NCBI GenBank assembly: GCA_035552235.1
Contig: DASZLT010000040.1
Coordinates: 10,412-74,411, forward strand
Source: Solirubrobacteraceae bacterium
GTDB lineage: Bacteria > Actinomycetota > Thermoleophilia > Solirubrobacterales > Solirubrobacteraceae
DNA length: 64,000 bases
Reading direction: 5' to 3'
Part shown: piece after piece, positions 26,838-36,760 of the stretch
How the letters are laid out: the number at the start of each line of letters is the position of its first letter
Numbering within the stretch: position 1 is the stretch's first letter
Made by a program: the position numbers and the translations under genes
The notes under the pieces: model-generated
Databases searched by the model: none
Told to the model about the DNA's origin: nothing
Seen by the model: the letters and a program-made list of their open reading frames with translations, nothing else

Positions 26838-27751
26838 CGGCGCGGGTGATCGACGCCGCGCAGGTCGCGGCGCCCTACCGCGCGCAGACGCGTGAGTGGG
26901 TGGCGCGACTCGGGCGCGAGTTCCGGGTCGTCGGGCTGCTCAGTCAGTCGGAGGGCCCGGCCTACACGTATGCGCAGTACGCGCGGCGTGGGGCCGAGGA
27001 TGCAGGCATCACGATGGACCTCCGGCGGCCGGATCCCGAGCGCGCGGAGGAGGCGATCCGTGAGGCGAACGCCGACCCGGCCGTGGACGGAATCTTCCTG
27101 TACTACCCGCTAGTCGACCCGACCGAGGACCGCTGGCTGCGCGAGCTCGTCGACCCACGCAAGGACATCGAGGGGATGCACAGCTTCTGGAGCCGGCTGC
27201 TCTACGAGAACCGCCGCTACCTGGACGAAGGGGGCTCGCTGCGGGCGATCCTGCCCTGCACACCGCTGGGAATCCTGAAGCTGCTCGAGGAGGCAGGGCT
27301 GCGGACTCGCGGCCGCGGTAACCAGGCGCCCCTGGAAGGGGTCCGAGCCTGTGTCATCAACCGCAGCGACATCGTCGGCCGGCCGCTCTCGGCGATGCTG
27401 GCCAACGACGGCGCCACGGTGATCTCGCTCGACCTCACCGGCGCCGTCGTGTTCGAACCGGCGATCGGGCGCCATGCCCACGTTGTGCGTGACACCGAGC
27501 TCGACCGTGGCGCTGCCCTGCGCGAGGCCGACGCGGTGATCACGGGCGTGCCGTCGCGGGAGTTCCAGCTGGTCACCGGAGCGGAGATCAAGCCCGGTGC
27601 GATCTGCGTGAACTTCTCCCAGTTCCGCAACTTCGACGACTCGGTGCTCGACGTGGCCTCGGCATTCGTCCCCCGTGTGGGGCCGATGACCGTGGCGATG
27701 GCGACCCGCAACCTAGTCCGGCTGAACGCGGTGCGCAAAGCGGCCGGGTAG
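26834..27751 (+). CDS. Methylenetetrahydrofolate dehydrogenase, Mtd1-like monofunctional type (FolD superfamily)
   Basis: KDIEG, ILPCTPLGILKLL, INRSDIVGRPLSAMLANDGATV, ITGVPS, VPRVGPMTVAM..RNL; no YxxxK lysine. Confidence 0.85.
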   Translation: MTARVIDAAQVAAPYRAQTREWVARLGREFRVVGLLSQSEGPAYTYAQYARRGAEDAGITMDLRRPDPERAEEAIREANADPAVDGIFLYYPLVDPTEDRWLRELVDPRKDIEGMHSFWSRLLYENRRYLDEGGSLRAILPCTPLGILKLLEEAGLRTRGRGNQAPLEGVRACVINRSDIVGRPLSAMLANDGATVISLDLTGAVVFEPAIGRHAHVVRDTELDRGAALREADAVITGVPSREFQLVTGAEIKPGAICVNFSQFRNFDDSVLDVASAFVPRVGPMTVAMATRNLVRLNAVRKAAG

Positions 27752-27774
27752 GGGCCGGCCAGCGGGCCGGCCCC
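27751..27774. terminator. Hairpin between convergent genes
   Basis: ggggccggcc-agcg-ggccggcccc perfect 10-bp stem. Confidence 0.65.
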
Positions 27775-27780
27775 ATCACG

Positions 27781-28668
27781 TCAATGCGTGGCGAGCGGGT
27801 CGCCCAGCTGCCTGGCCTCGTCGAGGCGCGCCATCTCCTGGGCGTCGAGCTCGATCTCGCCGGCGGCCATGTTCTGCTCGAGGTGGCCGACCGAGCTCGT
27901 GCCCGGAATCAGCAGGATCCGCTCGGAGCGGTGCAGCAGCCAGGCGAGCGCGACCTGCGAGGGGGTGACGCCGTGCCTGTCTGCCACCTCGGCGACGGCC
28001 GGGTCGGCGGCCAGCTGCTTGGGGCCGCCGCTGAAGGCCGAGCCGAGTGGGAAGAACGGCACGAAGGCGACGTCGCGCTGCTCGCAGAGCTCGAGTTCGT
28101 CCTCGCTGGCGCGGTTGACGACGCTGTAGGCGTTCTGCACGCAGGCGATCTCGACCAGGTCGAGCGCGCGGCGCACGGTCTCGGTGCTGGCGTTGGAGAT
28201 CCCGATCAGCTCGAGCTTGCCCTCCCTGCGCAGGTCCTCGAGTGCGCCCAGCTGCTCCTCCATCTTGCGCTCGGAGTCGTGCTCGTCCATGAGGCGCAGA
28301 TTGACGGCGCCGACGCGCTCGATCTGCAGCGTCCGCAGGTTGTCCTCGACTCCCTGGCGCAGGGCGGCGGGGTCGTCCCACTGCAGCCAGGCGCCGGCGC
28401 CGTCGCGGCGGGCGCCGACCTTGGTGACGAGGATGAGGTTGTCCCGGTATGGATACAACGTCTCGTGGATCAGCTCGTTGACCACGTCGGGACCGTAGTA
28501 CTGGGAGGTGTCGATGTGGTTGACGCCGAGCTCGATCGCGCGGCGCAGGACCGCGCGGGCGGCGTCGGGGTCGCGCGGCGGGCCGAAGACGCCGGAGCCG
28601 GCGAGCTGCATCGCGCCGAAGCCGATGCGGTTGACGGGCCTATCGCCCAGAAGTGATGTCTTGCTCAT
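27781..28668 (-). CDS. Aldo/keto reductase (YdbC/PdxI-like)
   Basis: RIGFGAMQLAG, IDTSQYYGP, VTKVG, IGISN, VQNAY, IPGTSSVGHL. Confidence 0.92.
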   Translation of the reverse strand: MSKTSLLGDRPVNRIGFGAMQLAGSGVFGPPRDPDAARAVLRRAIELGVNHIDTSQYYGPDVVNELIHETLYPYRDNLILVTKVGARRDGAGAWLQWDDPAALRQGVEDNLRTLQIERVGAVNLRLMDEHDSERKMEEQLGALEDLRREGKLELIGISNASTETVRRALDLVEIACVQNAYSVVNRASEDELELCEQRDVAFVPFFPLGSAFSGGPKQLAADPAVAEVADRHGVTPSQVALAWLLHRSERILLIPGTSSVGHLEQNMAAGEIELDAQEMARLDEARQLGDPLATH

Positions 28669-28794
28669 GTCAGACAGCTTGCTCCTGTGCGGCCGATCGG
28701 ACAAGAAGTCGGCCGGTCCTGTGACCGCCACCACCAGGCTGGTTTGCCGGACGCGGGGAGAGTGCGACTCCGGCGTCCCGCAGGTGATCTGTCG

Positions 28795-29099
28795 TCAGCC
28801 GCCCGACGAGCGGCGCTTCTGGCCGACGGAGCGGATCAGTTGCGCCTTGCCCATCTTCGAGCGGCCACCGATGTCGAGGCGGGCGGCTCGCGACGTAGCT
28901 CCGTGACCGTCAATGCCCCGGCGCCGGTACCGGTCCCGCTCGAGTCGCCCCGTTTACGTGCCGCCGCCTTCGCGCCCTCACGCCCGAGCGCCGAACGGGT
29001 CTCGGCCGTCAGATGGCTGATCGTCTGTTTGTCGCGGGCGCCCGCCTGGGCCTTCTTGACATTGCGCCGCGCCGCCTCGCGTTGTCTCTCAGTAGCCAT
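28795..29099 (-). pseudogene. Small basic stress protein with Rho-N-like C-terminal domain, 1-nt frameshift at ~28887
   Basis: MATERQREAARRNVKKA...TVTELRR; one added G restores EAARLDIGGRSKMGKAQLI..*. Confidence 0.7.
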
Positions 29100-29204
29100 T
29101 CCCTGGCCCTACCCCGAAACGTTCGCTGGTAGCTGCGCCGTCACCGCCGTGAAGCGCGGCTCCATGCCGGGCGTGAGCATCCGCGGCTCGGGTAGAGAGG
29201 CGGC

Positions 29205-29489
29205 ATGTACCCAGGCCTCGTTCTAACCGCCCTCGCAGTCGTATTCCTGATTCCCGGGATCGCCGCGGGCGGCGCCTTCACGTTCGTACTCGTTCTCATG
29301 GCGGCGATCGCAGTCGTGGGCGCTGCGGCCACCTTGCCGAGCGCACGTGCGGCCGGGATCACGCCGGCGCCGGCCCAGCAGCCCGAAGCGCCCGCCGGTG
29401 GGCCGTTAGGGCGCGGCGCCGAGCCACCGCCGCGCGAGGTTCCGGTCACGCCCGAGGAGTACCTCGAGGCTCGCCAGCAAAGCCAGTGA
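29205..29489 (+). CDS. Small membrane protein (2 TM), hypothetical
   Basis: Hydrophobic N-terminus, GAGG RBS, GGGTAG -10 just upstream. Confidence 0.6.
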   Translation: MYPGLVLTALAVVFLIPGIAAGGAFTFVLVLMAAIAVVGAAATLPSARAAGITPAPAQQPEAPAGGPLGRGAEPPPREVPVTPEEYLEARQQSQ

Positions 29490-29533
29490 ACGGGGTGGCC
29501 CTGCACTCCAACTACGAAAGGACTTGGAATCAG

Positions 29534-30046
29534 ATGTCGAGTACAGACAGTGCTGTCAGCATCCTCGACGACTCGCGCGATGACGAGCGAGAGCACATCG
29601 TCGAGCTGCTGACCAAGGCCTACTGGATGGAGATCGAGACGGTGATGAACTACGTCGCCGGCTCGATCAACCCCGATGGCGTGCGCGCCCGCCGGATCGC
29701 GGCGTCATTGGAGGAGGACATCCAGGAGGAGCTCGGTCACGCAAAACTGTTCGGGCAGCGCATCAAGGAGCTCTACGGCGTCGTCCCGAGCTCGACCGAG
29801 TTCAACGCCGAGCAGGAGTTCATGCGGCCCCCGGTCCATCAGACCGACGTCGTCGGGCTGATAAGGGGTGTGATCGCGGCCGAGAGCGGCGCGATCGAGC
29901 ACTACACCCAAATCATCGCCGAGACCGAGCGGATCGACCCGGTGACGCAGGACATGGTGATCGACATCCTCCATGACGAGGAGGGCCACCGCCGCCTGTT
30001 CGAGGGGTTTCTCCGCGAATACGCGCGGGAGGGGAGCGCCTCATGA
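29534..30046 (+). CDS. Ferritin-like (bacterioferritin/rubrerythrin-like) protein
   Basis: YWMEIET, EELGHA, AESGAIEHY, DEEGHRR di-iron motifs. Confidence 0.88.
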   Translation: MSSTDSAVSILDDSRDDEREHIVELLTKAYWMEIETVMNYVAGSINPDGVRARRIAASLEEDIQEELGHAKLFGQRIKELYGVVPSSTEFNAEQEFMRPPVHQTDVVGLIRGVIAAESGAIEHYTQIIAETERIDPVTQDMVIDILHDEEGHRRLFEGFLREYAREGSAS

Positions 30047-30594
30047 GTGGCGAGTTGAACGGCAAGAAGGTTGCGTTCCTGGCGACCGACGGCGTCGAGC
30101 AGATAGAGCTCGACGAGCCCCGCAAGGCCGTTGAGGAAGCGGGCGCCGAGACGGTGATCGTCTCGCTCAGCGCGGGAGAGATACAGGCGTTCAACCACCT
30201 CGATCATGGCGACAAGATCAAGGTGGATGTGACCGCCGACAGCACCGACCCCGCAGAGTTCGATGCCCTGGTGTTGCCGGGTGGCGTGGCGAACCCCGAC
30301 GTGCTGCGGGGTGATGAGGACGCCGTGTCCTTCGTCAAGGGGTTCTTCGAGCAGAACAAGCCCGTGGGCGTGATTTGCCATGGACCCTGGACGCTGGTTG
30401 AAGCCGATGTCGTTCGTGGGCGCACGCTCACCTCGTGGCCGACGCTCCAGACCGACCTACGCAACGCCGGCGCCGAATGGGTCGACGAGGAGGTGCACGT
30501 CGACGGCCGGCTGGTCTCGAGCCGCAAGCCCGATGACCTGCCGAGCTTCAATCGGAAGCTCGTGGAGGTCTTCGCCGGCGGAGGCGGGTCATGA
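30043..30594 (+). CDS. pfpI: PfpI/DJ-1 family type 1 glutamine amidotransferase-like protein
   Basis: DGVEQIE, LPGGVANPD, ICHGPW, SSRKPDDL. Confidence 0.92.
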   Translation: MSGELNGKKVAFLATDGVEQIELDEPRKAVEEAGAETVIVSLSAGEIQAFNHLDHGDKIKVDVTADSTDPAEFDALVLPGGVANPDVLRGDEDAVSFVKGFFEQNKPVGVICHGPWTLVEADVVRGRTLTSWPTLQTDLRNAGAEWVDEEVHVDGRLVSSRKPDDLPSFNRKLVEVFAGGGGS

Positions 30595-31577
30595 AGCTCG
30601 GCTACTTCCTCTCCTCCGAGGAGTTCGGCCCCCTTGAGCTCGTGGCGCAGGCGGTGCAGGCCCAGGAGGCGGGCTTCGAGGACCTCTGGATCTCGGATCA
30701 CTTCCACCCTTGGAACGACGAGCAGGGACACAGCGGTTTCGTCTGGGCGACGATCGGAGCGATCGCGCAGGCCGCCCCGGGCATGGGTGTGACAACGGCC
30801 GTCACGTGCCCCACGGTCCGCACCCACCCGGCCGTGATCGCACAGGCGGCGGCGACCGCGGCGGTACTGCTCGGCGGCAGGTTCGTGCTTGGGGTCGGCA
30901 CCGGCGAGGCGCTCAACGAACACATCCTCGGCGACCGCTGGCCCTCGGCGCCGGAGCGGCGCGAGATGCTAGAAGAAGCCGTCTCGATCATCCGCCAGCT
31001 CTGGCTCGGCGGCGTGCAGAGCCACCGCGGCAAGCACTACCAGGTGGACCGCGCACAGGTCTACGACCTGCCCGAGCAGCTGCCCAAGATCCTCGTCTCC
31101 GGATTCGGGCCGCGCTCGGTCGAGCTGGCGGCAAAGATCGGCGACGGCTTCGTCACCGTCGAGCCCGACACTGAATCGGTGGCGCAGTTCCGCGCGCAGG
31201 CCAAGCGCGGGCAGCTCGTGGGTGGCGGACTCAAGGTCTGCTACGACGCCGATGAACAGCGTGCACGCGAGACGGCCTACCGGCTCTGGCCCAACGAGGC
31301 GCTCCCCGGCGAACTGGCGCAGATACTGCCGACGCCGGCGCACTTCGAGCAGGCCTGTGAGCTGGTCAGCCAGGAGGTGGCGACCGAGAACGTGCCCTGC
31401 GGCCCCGACCCCGAGCATCACATCGCCGCGATCCGCGCATACGAGGAGGCAGGGTTCGACGAGCTCTACGTCCAGCAGATCGGCCCCAACCAGGACGCCT
31501 TCTTCGAGGCATATCGCGAGCACGTCCTGCCGCATTTCGACGCGGACCGGCAGCTGACGCACAGCGGCGGCAGGTGA
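30591..31577 (+). CDS. F420-dependent LLM class oxidoreductase (TIGR03557-like)
   Basis: GYFLSSEE, ISDHFHPW, VTCPT, GTGEALNEH, PCGPDP. Confidence 0.9.
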   Translation: MKLGYFLSSEEFGPLELVAQAVQAQEAGFEDLWISDHFHPWNDEQGHSGFVWATIGAIAQAAPGMGVTTAVTCPTVRTHPAVIAQAAATAAVLLGGRFVLGVGTGEALNEHILGDRWPSAPERREMLEEAVSIIRQLWLGGVQSHRGKHYQVDRAQVYDLPEQLPKILVSGFGPRSVELAAKIGDGFVTVEPDTESVAQFRAQAKRGQLVGGGLKVCYDADEQRARETAYRLWPNEALPGELAQILPTPAHFEQACELVSQEVATENVPCGPDPEHHIAAIRAYEEAGFDELYVQQIGPNQDAFFEAYREHVLPHFDADRQLTHSGGR

Positions 31578-31598
31578 GCCGGAGATGCGACGCCGACG

Positions 31599-32048
31599 AT
31601 GACCAGAGGCCGGAGCGCGCTAGTCGGACTACTGATCGCGGCGCCGTTCTACTGGCTGCTGGTCGACACGGGGTATGAGCCCGACCTGATCGCCGGCGCT
31701 GTCGCCGTGCTGATCGCGGCGGGCGCCTACAGCGCCGCGCATCTGGAGCCGACCGCAAGTGCCCGGATCAGGCTGCGGTGGATGGGCTTTGCGCTGCGAG
31801 AGATCGCCAAGGTCCCGTCGGGCGTGCTGATCGTCTGCCGTGAGATCCTCGCCCAGACACTCGCGCCCCGGCGCGCCCGCGGCGTGCTCGAGGCCGAGCC
31901 GTTCCCGGCCGCTGACGGCGATGCCTTCGATCTCGGACGGCGCGCGCTGGGTGAGTGCTTCAGGTCGTTCGCGCCCAATACGGTCGTGATCGGCGTGGAT
32001 CCCGACTCGGGCAGGCTGATCCAGCACCGCATCGGTCCGCAGCGATGA
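31599..32048 (+). CDS. mrpE: Na+/H+ antiporter subunit E
   Basis: WLLL, SFAPNTVVIGVD..LIQH; first gene of mrp cluster. Confidence 0.72.
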   Translation: MTRGRSALVGLLIAAPFYWLLVDTGYEPDLIAGAVAVLIAAGAYSAAHLEPTASARIRLRWMGFALREIAKVPSGVLIVCREILAQTLAPRRARGVLEAEPFPAADGDAFDLGRRALGECFRSFAPNTVVIGVDPDSGRLIQHRIGPQR

Positions 32049-32296
32049 ACGTCTGGCTGCTCGCCGCGGTCGTGCTGGTGCTCGCATGGCTCCCATGTCT
32101 GGGCGTCTGCCTCTTGGCCTCGGAGTTCGACGCGCTGGTCGCCGTGGAGCTCGGCTCGACGCTGCTCACCAGCGTGCTGATGCTGCTGTCGATCGCGTTC
32201 GGGCGCCAGCCGCTAGTCGACCTGGCGCTTGCCTTCGTGCTCGTCTCGATCGTCGGCTCGCTCGCCTTCGCACGGATGATGGAGGAGCAGATATGA
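32045..32296 (+). CDS. mrpF: Na+/H+ antiporter subunit F
   Basis: 3 TM, DALVAVE, VDLAL, GSLAFAR; ATGA overlap. Confidence 0.8.
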   Translation: MNVWLLAAVVLVLAWLPCLGVCLLASEFDALVAVELGSTLLTSVLMLLSIAFGRQPLVDLALAFVLVSIVGSLAFARMMEEQI

Positions 32297-32655
32297 GGGA
32301 CGCGATCGCGTATCTGCTGCTGGCGCTCGGCGTGCTGATCGAACTGTTCGGCGTGCTCGGCATCTGCGTGATGCGCAACACGCTCGATCGGCTGCACTGC
32401 GCCTCGCTCGCAAGCTGGGGCGCATTGCTGATCGGGCTCGCGATTCTCGTTCGCGAGTCGTTCTCGCTGCTCGGTGACAAGGCGCTGTTGACGGGTGCGC
32501 TGGCGGTGCTGCTGAGCCCCGTGCTGATGCATACAACGGCTCGCAGTTTCAGGGTCCGCACACGTGGGGATTGGCGGGCGATGGATGACGCACAGATCGT
32601 CGGAGCCGGCGGGGAGATCGTCGGAGCCGGCCAGACCGAGGAAGCGCAGCGGTGA
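32293..32655 (+). CDS. mrpG: Na+/H+ antiporter subunit G
   Basis: DRLH, SPVLMHTTAR. Confidence 0.82.
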   Translation: MRDAIAYLLLALGVLIELFGVLGICVMRNTLDRLHCASLASWGALLIGLAILVRESFSLLGDKALLTGALAVLLSPVLMHTTARSFRVRTRGDWRAMDDAQIVGAGGEIVGAGQTEEAQR

Positions 32656-32975
32656 CGGCGCTCCAGGTCTCGGCGCTGGTGATCGTCACGCTGTGCGGGA
32701 CCGCGATCGTGCTGACGCCCTCGCCGCTGCGTCAGACGCTGCTGATGGCGATCTTCGGTTTCGCGCTGACAGCGCTCTTCTTCGCGTTCCAGGCCCCGGA
32801 TGTCGCGCTCTCCGAATTGGTCGTCTCCGGGATCGCGCTGCCGCTGATCGTGCTCTCGGCCCTGCGGCGGCTGGCCGATCAGAAGCGGCACGCATCAGGG
32901 CAGGATACGACCGATCCGGCTGGTTCGGATGAGCCCGGTGCGAGCTCTCCGGGTGGCGAGCGGAGTGAGCGTTGA
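32652..32975 (+). CDS. DUF4040 / MbhD-like antiporter subunit (stand-alone MrpA C-terminal module)
   Basis: FQAPDVALSELVV. Confidence 0.8.
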   Translation: MTALQVSALVIVTLCGTAIVLTPSPLRQTLLMAIFGFALTALFFAFQAPDVALSELVVSGIALPLIVLSALRRLADQKRHASGQDTTDPAGSDEPGASSPGGERSER

Positions 32976-33739
32976 GCACCCGCGCCCGCACAGCGCTGTT
33001 TCTGGTCGCAGGTGCGGGGCTGCTGGCGGTGCTGCTGATCGGCCTGCACGGGTTGCCCGCCTTTGGCGACTTCCGCGGAAGCCTCAGTCACGCGATCACC
33101 ACGCGCGAACTGAAGGCACGGCACGCGACCGACTACGTCACAGCGCTGAACTTCGACCTGCGCGCCTTTGACACTGTGGGGGAGGAGGCGATCCTGTTCG
33201 CCGCGGTCGCCGGCGTCGTGCTGCTGATGCGCAACATCCGCGAGGAGGACCAGTCGCAGCGCCGCCGCCGCCGCGACCAGCATCGCTTCCAGGGCGCCAG
33301 CCAGGCGCTGCGCGCGCAGGCGCTGCTGATGGTCGCGCTGACCGTCGCCTTCGGGATCTACCTGGACCTGCACGGCGCGCTGACACCAGGCGGTGGTTTC
33401 CAGGCCGGCATCGTGCTGTCCGCCGGCCCGGCGGTGTTGATGCTCGCGGGTCGCTACCTAACGCTGAAGCGGATCGCGCCGGACTGGGTCGTCGAGCTGC
33501 TTGAGTCAGGCGGCGCCGCCGGACTGACGCTGATCGGCATCGGCGGGCTCGTCTTCGGCGGGGTCTTCCTACAGAACTTCCTGCCCTACGGCACACCAAA
33601 CGAGCTGCTGTCGGCCGGGATCATGCCGGTCGTCAGCATCGCAGTCGGGCTCGAGGTGACCGGCGGGCTGCTGCTGATCTTCAGCGAGTTCCTCGACCAG
33701 TCGCTGCTCAACACAACGCGTGAGAGCGAGCAGCAATGA
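32972..33739 (+). CDS. mrpB: Na+/H+ antiporter subunit B
   Basis: VTALNFDLRAFDTVGE, HGALTPGGGFQAG, VGLEV. Confidence 0.88.
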   Translation: MSTRARTALFLVAGAGLLAVLLIGLHGLPAFGDFRGSLSHAITTRELKARHATDYVTALNFDLRAFDTVGEEAILFAAVAGVVLLMRNIREEDQSQRRRRRDQHRFQGASQALRAQALLMVALTVAFGIYLDLHGALTPGGGFQAGIVLSAGPAVLMLAGRYLTLKRIAPDWVVELLESGGAAGLTLIGIGGLVFGGVFLQNFLPYGTPNELLSAGIMPVVSIAVGLEVTGGLLLIFSEFLDQSLLNTTRESEQQ

Positions 33740-34080
33740 GCTTCCTGCCGTTCGCCGTCGGCGCCTGGCTGTTCATCGTCGGGCTCTGGGGCGTGGTCAC
33801 CAGCGCACACCTGGTGAGGACGGTGATCTGCCTGGGTGTGGTGCAGTCATCGACCTATCTGATCCTGCTGGCCATCGGCTACCGCACCGGTGGCAGGGCA
33901 CCGGTCGTCGCCGACATCTCGCCGCATTCGCGCCTGGTCGACCCGGTCGTGCAGGTGCTGGTGCTCACCGACATCGTGATCGAGGCGACCGTCGCGGCGC
34001 TGCTGCTGGCACTGGTCGTGCAGGCCCACCGGCGCTTCGGCAGCGTCAATCCCGCGAAGCTGCGGGCACTGCGGCACTAG
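33736..34080 (+). CDS. mrpC: Na+/H+ antiporter subunit C
   Basis: DPVVQVLVLTDIVI. Confidence 0.88.
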   Translation: MSFLPFAVGAWLFIVGLWGVVTSAHLVRTVICLGVVQSSTYLILLAIGYRTGGRAPVVADISPHSRLVDPVVQVLVLTDIVIEATVAALLLALVVQAHRRFGSVNPAKLRALRH

Positions 34081-34124
34081 TGGTCTTGGAGACCACCAGT
34101 CGGCGGCGAGTGCGGAGAGCCTGA

Positions 34125-35960
34125 ATGACAAGCCTTGCCGCGCTGCCGATGGCCGCTCCCTTCCTCGGCGCGGCCGTGCTCGTGACCGCCGGAGCGGTGC
34201 TTCCGCGCTGGCTCGAGGACGGCCTGGCGGCCGGTCTCGCGCTGGCCGTGCTGGTCTTCTGCGTGCTGCTGGCGCACGCCGCCGGCGCTCACGCGATCGT
34301 GTACTGGCTGGGTGGCTGGAGGCCCCGCGCTGGGGTCCCGCTCGGGATTGCGCTTGACATCGATCCGCTCGGCGCCGGCCTGGCCGCCTTCGCCGCGCTG
34401 ATGGTGCTGGCGGCGTTCGTGTACTCGCTGCACTACTTCGATTCGGTGCAGGGGCTGTTCCACGCGCTGATGCTGATGTTCCTGATGGGCATGGCCGGCT
34501 TCGCGCTGACCGGCGACCTGTTCGATCTGGTCGTGTTCTTCGAGCTCATGAGCGTTGTCGCCTACGCGCTCACCGCCTACCGGATCGAGGAGCGCGCCCC
34601 GATCCAGGGAGCGATCAACTTCGCGATCACCAACAGCATCGGTGGCTACGCGATGTTCATCGGCACCGCGCTGCTTTACGCGCGCACCGGGGCACTCAAC
34701 CTCGCACAGATCGGCGCGGCGCTCGACGGTCGCCACGCCGATGGGCTCGTGATCGTCGCGATGGTGCTGCTGTTCCTCGGCTTCTTGACCAAGGCGGCGA
34801 TTGTGCCGCTGCACTTCTGGCTGGCCGACGCGCACGCGGTCGCGCCGGTGCCCGTGTGCGTGCTGTTCAGCGGGGTGATGGTCGAGCTCGGCCTCTACGC
34901 CGTCGCCCGGCTCTACTGGGTGGTGTTCGCGGGTGTGCTCGGCCCGCATGCGGTCGCGCTGCGGGTGATCCTGGTGTCCACGGGCGCGATCACGGCGCTC
35001 GTCGCCAGTTGGATGTGCTTTTTGCAGCGTCATATCAAGCGGCTGCTAGCGTTCTCCACGATCAGTCACGTCGGCCTGGCGCTCTGCGGCGTCGGCCTGC
35101 TCGATCCGCGGGCATTGGCCGGGGTGATCGTCTACGTGGCCGCGCACGGACTCACCAAGGCGGCGCTGTTCATGCTCTGCGGGACGCTGCTTCATCGCTT
35201 CCGCACGGTCGACGAGTTCGACCTGCACGGTCGCGGTCGCGCCGACCGGACGATGCGGATCGTCGGCATGCTGTTCCTGATCGGAGGCCTGCTGCTCGCG
35301 GCGCTGCCGCCGTTCACCCTGTTCCATGGCAAGTCGGAGATCGAGGGCGCAGCCTCGGCCGCCGGCTACGGCTGGCTGGCTCTGCTGTTCATGCTGGTAT
35401 CCGGCGCAACCGGCGGCGCGGTGCTGCGCGTGGCCGGGCGGGTTTTCATGGGCTGGGGGCCGAGGCAGGGCGCCGATCCCGCCCAGGCGCGCGCCGCTGA
35501 GGAACGCGTCGACGAGGAGCGCGACGAGCGCGCACACACGCCGCCGCTGATGGTGATCGTGCCGGCGGTTCTGCTGCTGCTCGCCGCGGGGCTGAACTTC
35601 GTGCCGGGTGCTTTGGATTGGGCGCAGCGCGCCGCCGGGCTGATGGCCGATCACCGCGCCTACGCAGCCTGGGTGCTGCACGGCGCACACGTTCCGCTGC
35701 CGCCCGCGCCGCAGGACCACGCCTCGCTGACCGAGGCGCTAATCGGTTGTGCCGGCATCGTGCTGGCGCTTGGCCTGGCGGCGCTCGGCCTGTTCGGGCG
35801 GCCGCTGCGTGAGCGGCTGCCCGCGAGCGTCAGCAATTTCGCACGGCGGGTGGTGGTTGCCGTCCGCGGTGCTCACTCCGGCCACATCGGCGACTACATC
35901 GCCTGGTGGACGGCTGGAGCAGCGAGTCTTGGGGCAGTCTGTCTGCTGGCGCTGCGATGA
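34125..35960 (+). CDS. mrpD: Na+/H+ antiporter subunit D (NuoL/M/N-like)
   Basis: [58 protein letters not shown]. Confidence 0.88.
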   Translation: MTSLAALPMAAPFLGAAVLVTAGAVLPRWLEDGLAAGLALAVLVFCVLLAHAAGAHAIVYWLGGWRPRAGVPLGIALDIDPLGAGLAAFAALMVLAAFVYSLHYFDSVQGLFHALMLMFLMGMAGFALTGDLFDLVVFFELMSVVAYALTAYRIEERAPIQGAINFAITNSIGGYAMFIGTALLYARTGALNLAQIGAALDGRHADGLVIVAMVLLFLGFLTKAAIVPLHFWLADAHAVAPVPVCVLFSGVMVELGLYAVARLYWVVFAGVLGPHAVALRVILVSTGAITALVASWMCFLQRHIKRLLAFSTISHVGLALCGVGLLDPRALAGVIVYVAAHGLTKAALFMLCGTLLHRFRTVDEFDLHGRGRADRTMRIVGMLFLIGGLLLAALPPFTLFHGKSEIEGAASAAGYGWLALLFMLVSGATGGAVLRVAGRVFMGWGPRQGADPAQARAAEERVDEERDERAHTPPLMVIVPAVLLLLAAGLNFVPGALDWAQRAAGLMADHRAYAAWVLHGAHVPLPPAPQDHASLTEALIGCAGIVLALGLAALGLFGRPLRERLPASVSNFARRVVVAVRGAHSGHIGDYIAWWTAGAASLGAVCLLALR

Positions 35961-35997
35961 GCGCTCAGCGCAAAGGGGAACTGCCGTTCACTGGATC

Positions 35998-36026
35998 TTC
36001 ACAAGTGCGGTAAAGGACTGTACGTT
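35998..36026 (+). promoter_or_regulatory. Sigma70 promoter for a likely leaderless mgtC (TTCACA-N17-TACGTT)
   Basis: -10 ends 6 nt before ATG 36033; no RBS. Confidence 0.5.
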
Positions 36027-36032
36027 AGACCA

Positions 36033-36752
36033 ATGCATTTCTCCGAATGGGGCCTGCTCTGGCGACTCGGGCTGGCGCTGTTGCTGTCCACGGTGATCGG
36101 GGTCGAGCGCGAGGTCCGCCAGAAGAACGCGGGCATGCGCACCTATGCGCTGGTGGGAACGGGCGCCGCGCTGTTCATGCTGGTCAGCACCTACGGGTTC
36201 GCCGACGTCCTCCAGAACAGACTGATCGTGCTCGACCCGTCGCGAGTCGCCGCGCAGGTCGTCTCCGGCATCGGCTTCATCGGCGGCGGTCTGATCTTCG
36301 TGCAGCGCAGCAACGTACGCGGCCTGACCACCGCAGCGGGCGTTTGGGCAACGGCCGGAGTCGGGCTCGCGGCGGGCGGTGACCTACCCGTCCTCGCCAC
36401 CGGCGCGACGGCCGCCTACCTGCTGGTCTCGGTCGGCTATCCGTACATCACCCGGTACATCCCCGGCACCGAGGCGCTGATCTCGCCGCTGCTGGTGACC
36501 TACGTCGACGGCGCCGGCGTACTGCGCAAGCTGGTCGCCGCATGCTCCGCCCACGGCCTCGCCATCTCCGACCTGTCGGTCGAGCGCGAGAGTACGCACG
36601 CCGAGGGCGGGGACCAACGCACGGTCACGGTGAAGCTGGCGCTGCGCGGTCGCGGCTCGGTCGCGCAGTTGACAGCAGAGCTGGAAGGACTCGACGGCGT
36701 CCACAGCGTGCGCGCGGCAGACGCGAACGTGAGCTCGGCCGCCGAGGGCTGA
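36033..36752 (+). CDS. MgtC/SapB family membrane protein with C-terminal ACT-like domain
   Basis: IGVERE..AGMRTY, DPSRVAAQVVSGIGFIGGG, GLTTAA. Confidence 0.92.
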   Translation: MHFSEWGLLWRLGLALLLSTVIGVEREVRQKNAGMRTYALVGTGAALFMLVSTYGFADVLQNRLIVLDPSRVAAQVVSGIGFIGGGLIFVQRSNVRGLTTAAGVWATAGVGLAAGGDLPVLATGATAAYLLVSVGYPYITRYIPGTEALISPLLVTYVDGAGVLRKLVAACSAHGLAISDLSVERESTHAEGGDQRTVTVKLALRGRGSVAQLTAELEGLDGVHSVRAADANVSSAAEG

Positions 36753-36760
36753 CCGCGGCG

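Noticed and set aside
32594-32631. 17-bp repeat in mrpG tail (and 11-bp gttccgattcc repeat at 59666-59694)
   Set aside because: Short local duplications with no evidence of function
31599-35960. Complex I or hydrogenase operon
   Set aside because: No NuoH, Fe-S or catalytic subunits; small subunits are Mrp-specific
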